DNA of 64,000 nt from Pelagomonas calceolata (GCA_918797485.1 CAKKNE010000003.1:620001-684000), one strand, 5' to 3'. Shown: positions 11,600 through 23,258, counted from the stretch's first letter. Translations and numbers: made by a program. The notes: generated by a model not told the origin, from the letters alone.

Positions 11600-12700
11600 A
11601 ATCGCTCATCCGGGTGTTGCGGTTTCAAGGGTTGGATCCGCGCCTGGTTCAAAGAGCAGTCACCTCTATTGCGTTTTTGAGAGATGGAGGACGTCTCCTA
11701 CTCGATGACGGCGAGCGCTGGCGCGTTCTGTCCGCCCGAGACGCGAGCTTCCATCACGCAGCTTCAATCGACAATATAGAAACAAATACCACCGCCGAAA
11801 GTCTTCCAACGGCTCTCGATACATCATGAAAAATAATTCATGCAAGACTTGAACTGGGAAGTAGTAAGCGCCATCAGAACCACTCGAAAGAAAGTTCAGG
11901 AGCCGCCGATCTACATCACAAAAAACTCTTTTCTTTATATAATCGCGCGGTACCGCAGTTACGGCGAGGCCTACTGGCGGGGTAGAAGGGCGCTCGAAGA
12001 CGACCAAGGCCATGCCATCGTCGCGACGGCGCCTCACGCACCACGCCCTCCGCCTCTCGCCGATATGCATCTACGCGACGAGGCCGCCGAACGCGATGAG
12101 CACACCAAATGTTCGCGAAGCCGCTCTGGCAAATGATCACCGGCAGGCCGTGAACGCGAGGTGACTTAAATAGTCGGATCTGCGAGCCATGCCCCGGGAC
12201 GGCGGCTTTCTGCGCGAAGTCGCGGCCCGCGACAAACTTGGGTCCCAGCAAGCCGGGGACCTCTACCTACCTGTCCTGGGCGCCGGAAGACATTTGCGCC
12301 GATTTCGGGTACGGCACAGTCGTGAGCCAAAGTTTAGCACAGAGGGCAAGGACAACCTTTGTGAGCTAGCAGTGGGGACCGGCGTCCTCAAATTCAAGCT
12401 TTGAACAAACCGCAGGACTCGCATAAAAACGTTCGAGAGAGCTCACCTTGAAGACGTCGCCCGCGCGAGCGCGGAGCTGGGCGACTTGGAAAAAGTGACA
12501 CGTATTGCGCGTCGCCCCAGCCTCGCGAGGCGCGCGCTTCACGAGGTCTTCATGACACACCTTTCCGACGCCTGACAGCGCGAGAGTCTACGAAACCGCC
12601 GTGAGAGCGAGCTCGGCCGGTCGCCGGCGCCGCGCGACGCTGTAGCGGCCGAGCCGCGCCCGTGCGCCCGTGGCCGTCGACGCGAGAGCTGAAACGGTCG
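11600..12700 (+). pseudogene. Possible decayed coding sequence of unknown family
   Basis: Short protein-like plus-strand segments (11614-11829, 11840-12136, 12189-12404 and beyond) separated by stops and frame changes; no motif recognised. Confidence 0.25.
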
Positions 12701-13154
12701 CGCGTCGAACTGTCGTGAGAGCGGAGCGACCCTCGCGCCTCCTTCGCCGCATCGGCGCGACGGTTTCGCGCACAGGTACAGAAGAAGCACACAAGCGACC
12801 ACGAGACGGGCGGCGCTGCAGCAACTCTTGAGTCGCTGCAGCTGCTCGTCGAAGCACCGGGTACAAAATCGACGTCGTCAATTATCTTTATTGAGGAGGC
12901 CTTCGCCGCTCTGAGACGCGCACGCGCCCTCTACCTTTCCTCGAGCGGCCTTGCGAGGCGACGGCCGCGGACGTCGAGACTCTCGGTCGCCGTCGCCGCG
13001 AGAGGTCGCATCGGTCGAACGAGAGCCTTTTTGAGGTACCCGGCCGCTCGGCGCTCGTGACCCGTTGACAGCGCCGGGCCATCGAAAGTTGCCGTCGCGC
13101 GCAGGCACAGGAAGAAGGCACGCATACCAAAAACAAAACAAAAAAGAAAAAATA

Positions 13155-16100
13155 ATGCGTGTCGTCCTCTTCTGCCTCGTTGTCTCTGCGAACGCGCTCC
13201 CAGAAGCGCACCTCCGCGGCCGCGTCAAGGACCACCTGCGCGACCGCGACCTGAGCGTCCCCGAAGACGCCAAGAACCACTACGCGAACACCGACGCGTC
13301 CTCCGATGAGATCTCGGCAACGAACTTGGAGGAGGGGCGGCCGCCTCGGGCTGCGCCGCCTCTTCGGCCTCGCGTCCATCAAGGGCACGCTCTCCCACGA
13401 GGGCGCGTCAAAAGACATCAAGTCAAAGGCCGAGACGGCCTACGCTACGGGCGGCCACGCGCGGCCCGTGCTCGAGACGGAGGTCTCGCCGCGGGACCAG
13501 GACACGGTCTCGCAGCACGAAACTCAAGGCGCCGACGCCGCGCTCGCCGAGCTCGCGGACGCGCACAACAAGGGCGGAGACGCCATCGACGCGGCGGCGC
13601 ACGGGGATGGCGACCCGGCCGCGTCCATCAAGGGCACGCTCTCGCATGTCGAGGACGCGCCCCAAACTATTACGTCGGAGGCCGCGGCCTTCGACACTGA
13701 AGACATCGAGGGCGTCGCCGGCGAGGGCGAGGCGCTCTCTGGTTCGACGGCGCGCAACGCCGCGGCCGAGATGGTCAAGAGCAGGCTGGCGACGCAGACG
13801 ACGCGGCCGGCCTACACTGCGCGACACGACGCCGGATCTGCATCACAACGGCGTCTTCAGACCTGCGACTCCGGCCAAGTCCCGGACTGCTCCGGCGTCT
13901 GCTGCCCAGCGAGTTGGATCGGCGACGGTGTCTGCGATGATGGCAATTCCGGTTGCGACTTCAGATGCGAGGATAACGACGGCGGGGATTGCGGCCCGCT
14001 GCCAACACCTTTCCCGACTGCCGAGCCGACGGTGGCTACGCGGCCGGAGCCGTGCGTGTGCAAGGCTTCGTGGAGCAACACCGACTGTTCTACTATTCAG
14101 GAGGGATGCCCGGCGGAAGGCTCAGAGTGCGAGACGGTTTGGGGGTACCGCTGGTGCGAGGTGGATCCGTCGGAATGCTCCTCGGCGAAGGAGCATGGTG
14201 ACTATCATTACATAGAGTGCGACGATACGAACGTGGCTACGCGGCCGGGCCGTGCGCGCGTGCCTTGACACGTGGAGCAACGCCGACTGTACTACTATTC
14301 AGGAGGGATGCCCGACGGGCGCCGCGACGGCAGCCCCTACCGCTGGTGCGAGGTGGATCCGTCGGGTGCTCCACGGCGCTTCCGTATGGTGACTACTTAC
14401 ATAGAGTGCGACGATACGAACGTGGCGCCGCCGGGCATTGCGTGTGCCTTGACACGTGGAGCAACGCCGACTGTTCTACCATTCAGGAGGGATGCCGACG
14501 ACGGCGCGCGCGACAGCAGCCCCTACCGCTGGTGCGAGGTGGATCCGTCGGGTGCTCCACGGCGCTTCCGTATGGTGACTACTATTACATAGAGTGCGAC
14601 GAGACGAACGTAGCTACGCCGGAGCCGACGGCCGCGCCCGACGCCGCGCCCGACGCCCAAGCCGTCGCAGCCGCCGACGGCGTGCCCGACGGTGGCTAAG
14701 CGGCGGCCGTGCGCGTGCCTTGACACGTGGAGCAACACCGACTGTTCTACTATTCAGGAGGGATGCCCGGCGGAAGGCTCAGAGTGCGAGACGGTTTGGG
14801 GGTACCGCTGGTGCGAGGTGGATCCGTCGGAATGCCTCGGCGAAGGAGCATGGTGACTATCATTACATAGAGTGCGACGATACGAACGTGGCTACGCGGC
14901 CGGAGCCGTGCGCGTGCCTTGACACGTGGAGCAACGCCGACTGTACTACTATTCAGGAGGGATGCCCGACGGACGCCTGCGACGGCAGCCCCTACCGCTG
15001 GTGCGAGGTGGATCCGTCGGGTGCTCCACGGCGCTTCCGTATGGTGACTACGCCACATAGAGTGCGACGATACGAACGTGGCGCCGCCGGCATTGCGTGT
15101 GCCTTGACGTGGAGCAACGCCGACTGTTCTACCATTCAGGAGGGATGCCCGACGGACGCCTGCGACGGCAGCCCCTACCGCTGGTGCGAGGTGGATCCGT
15201 CGGGTGGCCTCGGCGCTTCCGTATGGTGACTATCATTACGCGAGTGCGACGAGACGAACGTAGCTACGCCGGAGCCGACGGCCGCGCCGACGCCCGCGCC
15301 GACGCCAAGCCGTCGCAGCCGCCGGCTTACGTGCTCCGACGGTGGCTAAGCGGCCGGCCGTGCGCGTGCCTTGACACGTGGAGCAACACCGACTGTTCTA
15401 CTATTCAGGAGGGATGCCCGGCGGAAGGCTCAGAGTGCGAGACGGTTTGGGGGTACCGCTGGTGCGAGGTGGATCCGTCGGAATGCCTCGGCGAAGGAGC
15501 ATGGTGACTATCATTACATAGAGTGCGACGATACGAACGTGGCTACGCGGCCGGAGCCGTGCGCGTGCCTTGACACGTGGAGCAACGCCGACTGTACTAC
15601 TATTCAGGAGGGATGCCCGACGGACGCCTGCGACGGCAGCCCCTACCGCTGGTGCGAGGTGGATCCGTCGGAGTGCTCCACGGCGCTTCCGTATGGTGAC
15701 TACGCACATAGAGTGCGACGATACGAACGTGGCGCCGCCGGGCATTGCGTGTGCCTTGACGTGGAGCAACGCCGACTGTTCTACCATTCAGGAGGGATGC
15801 CCGACGGACGCCTGCGACGGCAGCCCCTACCGCTGGTGCGAGGTGGATCCGTCGGAGTGCTCCACGGCGCTTCCGTATGGTGACTACTATTACATAGAGT
15901 GCGACGAGACGAACGTAGCTACGCCGGAGCCGACGGCCGCGCCGACGCCCGCGCCCGACGCCCAAGCCGCTGCAGCCGCTTACGGCACGCCTCGACGGTG
16001 GCTAAGCGGCGGCCGTGCGCGTGCCTTGACACGTGGAGCAACACCGACTGTTCTACTATTCAGGAGGGATGCCCGGCGGAAGGCTCAGAGTGCGAGACGG

Positions 16101-18273
16101 TTTGGGGGTACCGCTGGTGCGAGGTGGATCCGTCGGAATGCTCCTCGGCGAAGGAGCATGGTGACTATCATTACATAGAGTGCGACGATACGAACGTGGC
16201 TACGCGGCCGGAGCCGTGCGCGTGCCTTGACACGTGGAGCAACGCCGACTGTACTACTATTCAGGAGGGATGCCCGACGGACGCCTGCGACGGCAGCCCC
16301 TACCGCTGGTGCGAGGTGGATCCGTCGGAGTGCTCCACGGCGCTTCCGTATGGTGACTACTTACATAGAGTGCGACGATACGAACGTGGCGCCGCCGGAG
16401 CATTGCGTGTGCCTTGACACGTGGAGCAACGCCGACTGTTCTACCATTCAGGAGGGATGCCCGACGGACGCCTGCGACGGCAGCCCCTACCGCTGGTGCG
16501 AGGTGGATCCGTCGGTGCTCCACGGCGCTTCCGTATGGTGACTACTATTACATAGAGTGCGACGAGACGAACGTAGCTACGCCGGAGCCGAGCCGACGGC
16601 CGCGCCGACGCCCGCGCCCGACGCCCAAGCCGTGCAGCCGCCGACACGCCTCCGACGGTGGCTAAGCGCCCGGCCGCGCGCGTGCCTTGACGTGGAGCAA
16701 CACCGACTGTTCTACTATTCAGGAGGGATGCCCGGCGGAAGGCTCAGAGTGCGAGACGGTTTGGGGGTACCGCTGGTGCGAGGTGGATCCGTCAGGAATG
16801 CCTCGGCGAAGGAGCATGGTGACTATCATTACATAGAGTGACGATACGAACGTGGCTACGCGGCCGGAGCCGTGCGCGTGCCTTGACAGCGTGGAGCAAC
16901 GCCGACTGTACTACTATTCAGGAGGGATGCCCGACGGCGCGCGCTGCGACGGCAGCCCCTACCGCTGGTGCGAGGTGGATCCGTCGGGTGCTCACGGCGC
17001 TTCCGTATGGTGACTACTGCCACATAGAGTGCGACGATACGAACGTGGCGCCGCCGGCATTGCGTGTGCCTTGACGTGGAGCAACGCCGACTGTTCTACC
17101 ATTCAGGAGGGATGCCCGACGGACGCCTGCGACGGCAGCCCCTACCGCTGGTGCGAGGTGGATCCGTCGGAGTGCTCCACGGCGCTTCCGTATGGTGACT
17201 ACTATTACATAGAGTGCGACGAGACGAACGTAGCTACGCCGGAGCCGACGGCCGCGCCGACGCCCGCGCCGACGCCCAAGCCGTCGCAGCCGCCGACGAC
17301 GTCTCCGACGGTGGCTAAGCGGCCGGAGCCGTGCGCGTGCCTTGACACGTGGAGCAACACCGACTGTTCTACTATTCAGGAGGGATGCCCGGCGGAAGGC
17401 TCAGAGTGCGAGACGGTTTGGGGGTACCGCTGGTGCGAGGTGGATCCGTCGGAATGCTCCTCGGCGAAGGAGCATGGTGACTATCATTACATAGAGTGCG
17501 ACGATACGAACGTGGCTACGCGGCCGGAGCCGCGCGCGTGCCTTGACACGTGGAGCACCGCCGACTGTACTACTATTCAGGAGGGATGCCCGACGGACGC
17601 CTGCGACGGCAGCCCCTACCGCTGGTGCGAGGTGGATCCGTCGGAGTGCTCCACGGCGCTTCCGTATGGTGACTACTATTACATAGAGTGCGACGATACG
17701 AACGTGGCGCCGCCGGAGCATTGCGTGTGCCTTGACACGTGGAGCAACGCCGACTGTTCTACCATTCAGGAGGGATGCCCGACGGACGCCTGCGACGGCA
17801 GCCCCTACCGCTGGTGCGAGGTGGATCCGTCGGAGTGCTCCACGGCGCTTCCGTATGGTGACTACTATTACATAGAGTGCGACGAGACGAACGTAGCTAC
17901 GCCGGAGCCGACGGCCGCGCCGACGCCCGCGCCGACGCCCAAGCCGTCGCAGCCGCCGACGACGTCTCCGACGGTGGCTAAGCGGCCGGAGCCGTGCGCG
18001 TGCCTTGACACGTGGAGCAACACCGACTGTTCTACTATTCAGGAGGGATGCCCGGCGGAAGGCTCAGAGTGCGAGACGGTTTGGGGGTACCGCTGGTGCG
18101 AGGTGGATCCGTCGGAATGCTCCTCGGCGAAGGAGCATGGTGACTATCATTACATAGAGTGCGACGATACGAACGTGGCTACGCGGCCGGAGCCGTGCGC
18201 GTGCCTTGACACGTGGAGCAACGCCGACTGTACTACTATTCAGGAGGGATGCCCGACGGACGCCTGCGACGGC
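13155..18273 (+). CDS. Secreted Cys-rich repeat protein: signal peptide, pro-region ending RRLQ, LNR/Notch-like module, about 19-20 eight-Cys modules with P/T linkers; frameshifted and truncated at 18273
   Basis: Signal-like MRVVLFCLVVSANA; CPASWIGDGVCDD...DGGDC; repeated CACLDTWSN.DC.TIQEGCP...RWCEVDPSECS...YIECD. Confidence 0.75.
14040..18273 (+). repeat. Higher-order tandem array with a 663-bp (221-aa) period made of three related modules plus a P/T linker; 6 full units and one partial unit
   Basis: Identical landmarks at 17341 and 18004 (663 bp apart); A-type modules near 14050, 14710, 15360, 16015, 16680, 17330 and 17995. Confidence 0.95.
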
Positions 18274-18494
18274 TTGGTGCCTCAAAAAAAAAGTTTTTTT
18301 TTTCGACTCATTCCTGAAAACGGCCCCAGAGACGCCGTGCACGCGTGGAGCGGCCCCGGTGTGATGTTCGGCTAGACTCGATGCCGAGACGATCTGGGCC
18401 GCGGCGTGAACGCGTTTACGCGTCCAAGCGCGCGGATAACGCTGGTCCTGCTTGATGCAGTGCGCCGCACGTACTCTACGGATGCAGCGGAACG

Positions 18495-19564
18495 ATGACG
18501 TTTGGGCGCCACTACCGTCGGATACTGGTGCTGCACTACTACCAGAGCGGCCTAGGCTGCAAGAAGCTCGCGCAGCTCACTGTTCCGCCCGTGTCCTACT
18601 CCACGGTCCGGCGGATCATCCGACGGTTTCGGCGGTACGGTGACTACGATACGCCTGCCAACAGCCGGCGTCGACGCGCCGGCCTCATTCCCAGCGATCG
18701 CGTCGATTGGCTCGTCGCCTTTCTCAAGGAGCGGGACTGCACGCTGTACCTGGATGAGATGGTGGAGCAGCTGCGGGACCAGTTCGGCACGACGTACAGC
18801 ACGTGGTCGGTCTGCCGCGCGCTGCTGCGGCGCAAGATCACTCGCAAGAAGATCAGCGTCATTGCGGCGCGGCGCAACGTTTTGGAGCGCGCGGTCTTCA
18901 AGGCGAACATGGCCAAATACGGCCCGCACCAGCTCGTCTTCATCGACGAGACGCGCAAGGAGCCGCGGACGCTCAATCGGCGCTACGGCCGGGCAAGAGC
19001 CCGGGCGCTGCACAGCCTCCCGTTCACGCGCCACGCGAGCGGCTACTCCGCGCTCGGCGTGCTCACGGTCCGGGGCATGATTGACTGCGCTGTGACGGAC
19101 GCACGCGGCGTCGACGCCGAGACGTTCATCCGGCATCTCGCCGAACACGTCGTGCCGCGCGTCGCGCGGCGTCCTCGTAGCCGCCTCGCAGTCTCACGGT
19201 GCGCGTCCCGCGCAGGCACCTGAACCCGTTCCCCGGAGACCGGTCGGTCGTTGTCCTGGACAACGCCTCGGTGCACTGGGACGACCGCGTCCGGCGCCTC
19301 ATCGAGGGCGAGGGCGCGATCCTCCTCTACCTGCCCGCCTACTCGTACGACTTCAACCCCATCGAGATGGCCTTCAACGAGGCCAAGGCCACGCTCGAGC
19401 GCCTCCACGGCACCGACCGCGCCTACCTCGAGGCCATGCCTGAGGAGGCCCTTAGGCAGGCGCTTCTCTCGATCGACTCCGAGAACGCCGCCGCCTACAT
19501 GCGCCACTGCGGCTGGCGCGCGACGCCCTTCCTCCCGGGGCTCCTCGACGAGGTCTATATGTAA
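18495..19564 (+). CDS. Tc1/IS630-superfamily transposase (HTH + DD34E); one GC-AG intron (19157-19215)
   Basis: N-terminal HTH-like region (VSYSTVRRIIRRF; LYLDEM...TWSVCRAL..ITRKK). Catalytic motifs LVFIDET, VVLDNASVH and LPAYSYDFNPIE, with 34 residues between the second D and the E. The intron has a GCGCGT donor, CTCAC branch site and CGCAG acceptor. Confidence 0.9.
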
Positions 19565-19766
19565 GCATTTTTGTCTGTTTCCGACTTGGGCGCGGCGGTC
19601 TACCGCGGGACGCGGTGCCCCTCAGGAGTCGAACATGAACGTTGTTATACAGTCAGGTGAGAGAGGGGCGGGCGCTTGTCGCCGCCGAAGGCCCTTTTGG
19701 CTCCCCTCGCCGCCCTTGTGGCGGTAACGAGCGTCTCCGCCGACGACGCCCTCGGCCGGCCGCGCC

Positions 19767-21842
19767 CTAAGCGTCGGCCGCGGCGACCTCCGCGGCCGCG
19801 GCCGCGTCGGCGTCGGTCGGCGGCGCCGGAGGCGGCGCCGCGGCCGGCGGCGCCGGCGCCGGCAGCGCGCCGCCGGCGGCGTAGTGGCCGCTCGAGCCGT
19901 AGTAGTGCTGCGGCGGGAAGGCGAAGGGCGTCGTCGCGGCCGAGTAGGGCGCCGCCGGCCAGAAGCCGGAGCCCCCAGGCGTCGCCGGCGGCGCCGTGTT
20001 CTCGGCGCCGGCCGCGGGCGCGCCCAGGGGCGGCTTCTCCGTCCCGACGGCGGGGGGCTGTGCCGCCGCCACGTTGTGCGTCGGCGACGCCACCCCGGTG
20101 AGGCTCGTGCGCCGCGCCGGCGCCGGAGCCGTCGCGCCGTCGGTCGCGGGGGGCGGGCCGCCGGGGGTCGTAGTGGCGCCCGCGGCCGTGTCCGTAGCGG
20201 CGACGGCCGGAGCCGCCGTCGTGGTCGCGGGCGTGGGCGGCGGCGGCGGTCGAGGCGGCGCGGCGCAGATGTAGGGCGGCGGCGCGCCAGGGTACGGCGA
20301 GGGCGGCCACGGGCTCCCCTGCGGCGGGTAGCCCCCGAACGCCCCCGGCGGCGGCGCGAACGGGCTGTAGCCCGGCGGCGCGCCGTAGCCGTAGCCCCCG
20401 GCCGTCCAGTGCGGCGGCGTCGCGTGCGGGTGCGGGCCGCCGTAGGGCGACAGGCCGCCGGGCGGCGCGCCGGCCGCGGCGTGCGGCGGCGGCGGCGGCG
20501 TCGCGGTCGCCGCGGTCAGCGCCGGCGTGCCGGGCGCCGCGCCGTGCGCGCCCGGCGGCGTGCCAGCGGCGCCGGCGCCCGGCGGTAGCGCGTGCGGCGG
20601 CGGCGGCGGCGCGTAGGCGTAGTGCGCGGGCGGGTAGCCCAGCGGCGGGCCGTAGCCGTAGCCGCCGTAGGCCCCGCCGAAGGGCGGCGCGTAGCCGTAC
20701 GGCGGGTAGCCCGGAGGCGCGACGGCGTGGAACGGCGGCGGGCCGCCCGGCGCCTGCTGCTGGGCCTGGGCCTGGGCCTTGACGATCGCCGTCGCGAGCC
20801 CCTGCATCTGGTCGGTCGCATGCGACGCGCCGCCGACGCCCTTCTTCTTCTTCGTCGCGCTGCCCTTGATCCCGAGCGCCGCCAAGTCGTCGACCGTGGG
20901 CAGCGGCGCCCCCGGCCTCAGCACGAAGCCGTCCGTCGCGACGTCCCTCTCCAGCAGATCCTCGAACACGTCGGCCCGCGCGTCGTCCTTCTCGAGCAGC
21001 TCCCTAATCCGGAAGGCCGCGGCCGGGTCGATCGACGGCAGGTCCGCCGCGGCCCACCTTTCCGAGTCCTTCGACGCCTCCGAGAGTGCGAGGACCCAGT
21101 CCGTCCGCTCCTTCCGCTCCGCCCGCTTCTCTTCCCCCGTCTTCGCGACGGGCTTCGGCGCCAGCGCCGCGGCCAGCGTCGGCGCGGCGACGGCGCCGGC
21201 GCTGGTCAGGCCCGTCTCGTCCACAAAGGCCGCCACCGCCGTCGCGGGCGTCGCGACCCAGACCACCTTGCCCTCCTTCCGGTCGAGCTCCACGAGATCG
21301 GCGCTCCGTCCGACCACCCGCACGCGCACGAGGCTCAGCTGCTTCTTCGTCGCGCCGGCGACGAGACCCAAAGTGTCTCCGGCCACATCCGCCGCTTTCA
21401 TCAGGTCCTCGAGCCTCACAGATCGTACGCCGCTCTGCTCGTCGAGGACGACGCACGTCCAGGGGATCGAGCGCGTCCGGGGGGGGTCCAGCGGCGCTAG
21501 CGTCCAGCTATTCCCGCCGCGCGCCATCGTGCACTTCACGACGACGGCGCACCCCTTCGTCCGCTTCTCCAGCGCCTTGGCCGCCGCCTCGGCCTTCTTC
21601 TTGGCCGCCGCCAAGGCGCGGGGGTCGTCGAGCGCCTCGGCGTCGGACGCCTCGGCGTCGGACGCCTCCTCTTCGAGGGGCTCCGCCGCAGCGTCGTCGC
21701 CAGCGGCGCTTGAGTCGTCGCCGTAGCCGTCGTCGAACTCGCCCGCGCAGTCTTCGGTGTCGGTGATCGTTCTAGCCCGTTTTGGCGCCGCGGCGGCCCT
21801 CGCCGCGGGTGGTCTGCGGTCCGTGGGCTTGGTTCTAGCCAT
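19767..21842 (-). CDS. Hypothetical protein with an H3-tail-like N-terminus (MARTKPTDRR), an acidic tract, a central globular region and a long P/G/Y/A low-complexity C-terminus
   Basis: 708-aa ORF 19767-21893 with strong GC3 bias; two candidate ATGs, at 21893 (CGGATGC) and 21842 (AATATGG). Confidence 0.75.
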   Translation of the reverse strand: MARTKPTDRRPPAARAAAAPKRARTITDTEDCAGEFDDGYGDDSSAAGDDAAAEPLEEEASDAEASDAEALDDPRALAAAKKKAEAAAKALEKRTKGCAVVVKCTMARGGNSWTLAPLDPPRTRSIPWTCVVLDEQSGVRSVRLEDLMKAADVAGDTLGLVAGATKKQLSLVRVRVVGRSADLVELDRKEGKVVWVATPATAVAAFVDETGLTSAGAVAAPTLAAALAPKPVAKTGEEKRAERKERTDWVLALSEASKDSERWAAADLPSIDPAAAFRIRELLEKDDARADVFEDLLERDVATDGFVLRPGAPLPTVDDLAALGIKGSATKKKKGVGGASHATDQMQGLATAIVKAQAQAQQQAPGGPPPFHAVAPPGYPPYGYAPPFGGAYGGYGYGPPLGYPPAHYAYAPPPPPHALPPGAGAAGTPPGAHGAAPGTPALTAATATPPPPPHAAAGAPPGGLSPYGGPHPHATPPHWTAGGYGYGAPPGYSPFAPPPGAFGGYPPQGSPWPPSPYPGAPPPYICAAPPRPPPPPTPATTTAAPAVAATDTAAGATTTPGGPPPATDGATAPAPARRTSLTGVASPTHNVAAAQPPAVGTEKPPLGAPAAGAENTAPPATPGGSGFWPAAPYSAATTPFAFPPQHYYGSSGHYAAGGALPAPAPPAAAPPPAPPTDADAAAAAEVAAADA

Positions 21843-22229
21843 ATTACCCTCGCCTTCAGTCGTCTTCGACGCGCGCGTCCCGTAGCGGTGCATCCGGGCG
21901 GCCAGAGTGCGCTGCAGCAGACAGAGCGGTCTTGCAGGCTGGAGGTGCCTCGCGGCCGTCCAAACGCGTCCACGGGTGCTGGGACGCCCGCCCCGGACGC
22001 CTGGAAGGAGACCCCTGCGACGTTTGCAAATTTTTTTTTTTTTTGGTGGGGGGCTCTTTTTATCTGCAAATTGCTTTAGCTACGCTTGGTTTACGCGGAC
22101 CAAATACGGGGGGAGGGTGCAGCTGCTAGGCAAGCTGAGCGCGGCGAGGGGAGGGGGGAGGCAAGGGTGCGCCGGCGCGTTTGATTTCATGTCACGGAGA
22201 TGGCGATGCATGCCCGCGTGCAAGCTTCT

Positions 22230-22499
22230 TCAGTACGAGCCCGGCGGAGCTCCGGGACCGGGCGGCAACTCCCACCCACCGGTCACGGGCGCGTCGAAGT
22301 TAAAGTCGCGCGGCATCGCCGGCGGCGGCGGGATCGGGGCCGACGCAGATCGCTGCAAGTCGGGGACCGGCGCCCAAAGAGCACGGAGCTCGGCAAGCGA
22401 CATCTGGGGCACGTCGACGAGGCGAACCTGGCCAGAATAGAGCGGCTGGAAGGCGGCCGCCGGGTTCGCGGAGACTTGGGGGAGCGGCGGCGGCGGTGC
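22230..22499 (-). CDS. Possible terminal exon of a small Pro-rich hypothetical gene
   Basis: CGCAG acceptor at 22500 preceded by sequence carrying the GCCATCGACGCG motif seen in other introns; exon reads APPPPLPQVS...PPGSY*; upstream exon unclear. Confidence 0.3.
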   Translation of the reverse strand, partial: APPPPLPQVSANPAAAFQPLYSGQVRLVDVPQMSLAELRALWAPVPDLQRSASAPIPPPPAMPRDFNFDAPVTGGWELPPGPGAPPGSY

Positions 22500-22958
22500 C
22501 TGCGCGGTCATCGCGTGACGCGCGTCGATGGCGCATCGGCGGCGTCGACGCCCCACGGCCACGCCCACGCCATCGACGCGGCGCGTCTTGCTCGACGCCC
22601 GACGGCACTCTGTCGCCAAAGAAAGAATTCGACGCAGAACCAAACCGCGCGTGGCGTCGGCGCCGAGCGAGCCCGTAGATCAGGTTGGAAACCTGGAAAG
22701 GTGCAAGGTCTGGCCTCTCGCAGCGATAGGCTTTGGTGTTCAAACTCTTTTCTGTGCGGTACTATGCTTATTTGACGGCGAATGCCGCGCCTTGAGTCAC
22801 ACAAATACACGGTGCGAAGAGATAGCGGCCGGATGAGACGGACGACACACTCCTGTAAACCGGCAATGAAGCTGCAAAGACACCAACGAGGAGGCGTCTC
22901 CGAGTCCTCAAGGCGGTGGCGAGCACGAGTGTCGCGGGTTGAGGCGATTTGGGGATGT

Positions 22959-22983
22959 GCTAGTGTCTTTACATGCCGCTAGC
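22959..22983 (-). promoter_or_regulatory. Conserved intergenic motif, copy 3
   Basis: GCTAGTGTCTTTACATGCCGCTAGC. Confidence 0.65.
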
Positions 22984-23258
22984 TCGGCTTGCCCGAGCAA
23001 AGCAAAACAAGCGTGGAGCTCCCTGTGAACACGAATAAGGCAAAACGTTTTTTCGTTTCGACATATCTTGCTGGGACAGTGAACGAGCACCGCCCAGAAG
23101 CGCCAGCAAAATCACACAAGCAGAGCTCAGAGTGCAGTGCGAGTGCAGTGCAGCAGCAACCTCACGCGGCGCCGCACCGATCACGCCATCGACGCGAAGC
23201 CACAGCAGAGCAGTGCAGCAACCTCACAGCAACAATAACGCCATCGACAAAAAACAAG

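Larger units (their letters stand above)
18274..22080. mobile_element. Putative two-ORF DNA transposon region (transposase plus convergent accessory ORF); ends not resolved
   Basis: Abrupt junction with the repeat array at 18273/18274; A/T tracts at 18284-18303 and 22028-22044 bracket the two convergent ORFs; no TIR or TA duplication identified. Confidence 0.4.

Noticed and set aside
14040..18273. Regular array as a possible CRISPR or satellite
   Set aside because: There are no unique spacers, and the units are codon-multiple and encode a Cys-rich protein module
19157..19215. Programmed frameshift in the transposase, as in bacterial IS630
   Set aside because: A 59-bp GC-AG intron with a CTCAC branch site explains the frame change
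18495..19564. Tc1/IS630 transposase as the mobiliser of the introners
   Set aside because: This superfamily typically duplicates TA, whereas the introners show 8-bp duplications
19767..21893. Second ORF next to the transposase as a Fanzor/TnpB nuclease
   Set aside because: No RuvC D-E-D motifs or CxxC zinc ribbon are visible, and the C-terminal half is low complexity
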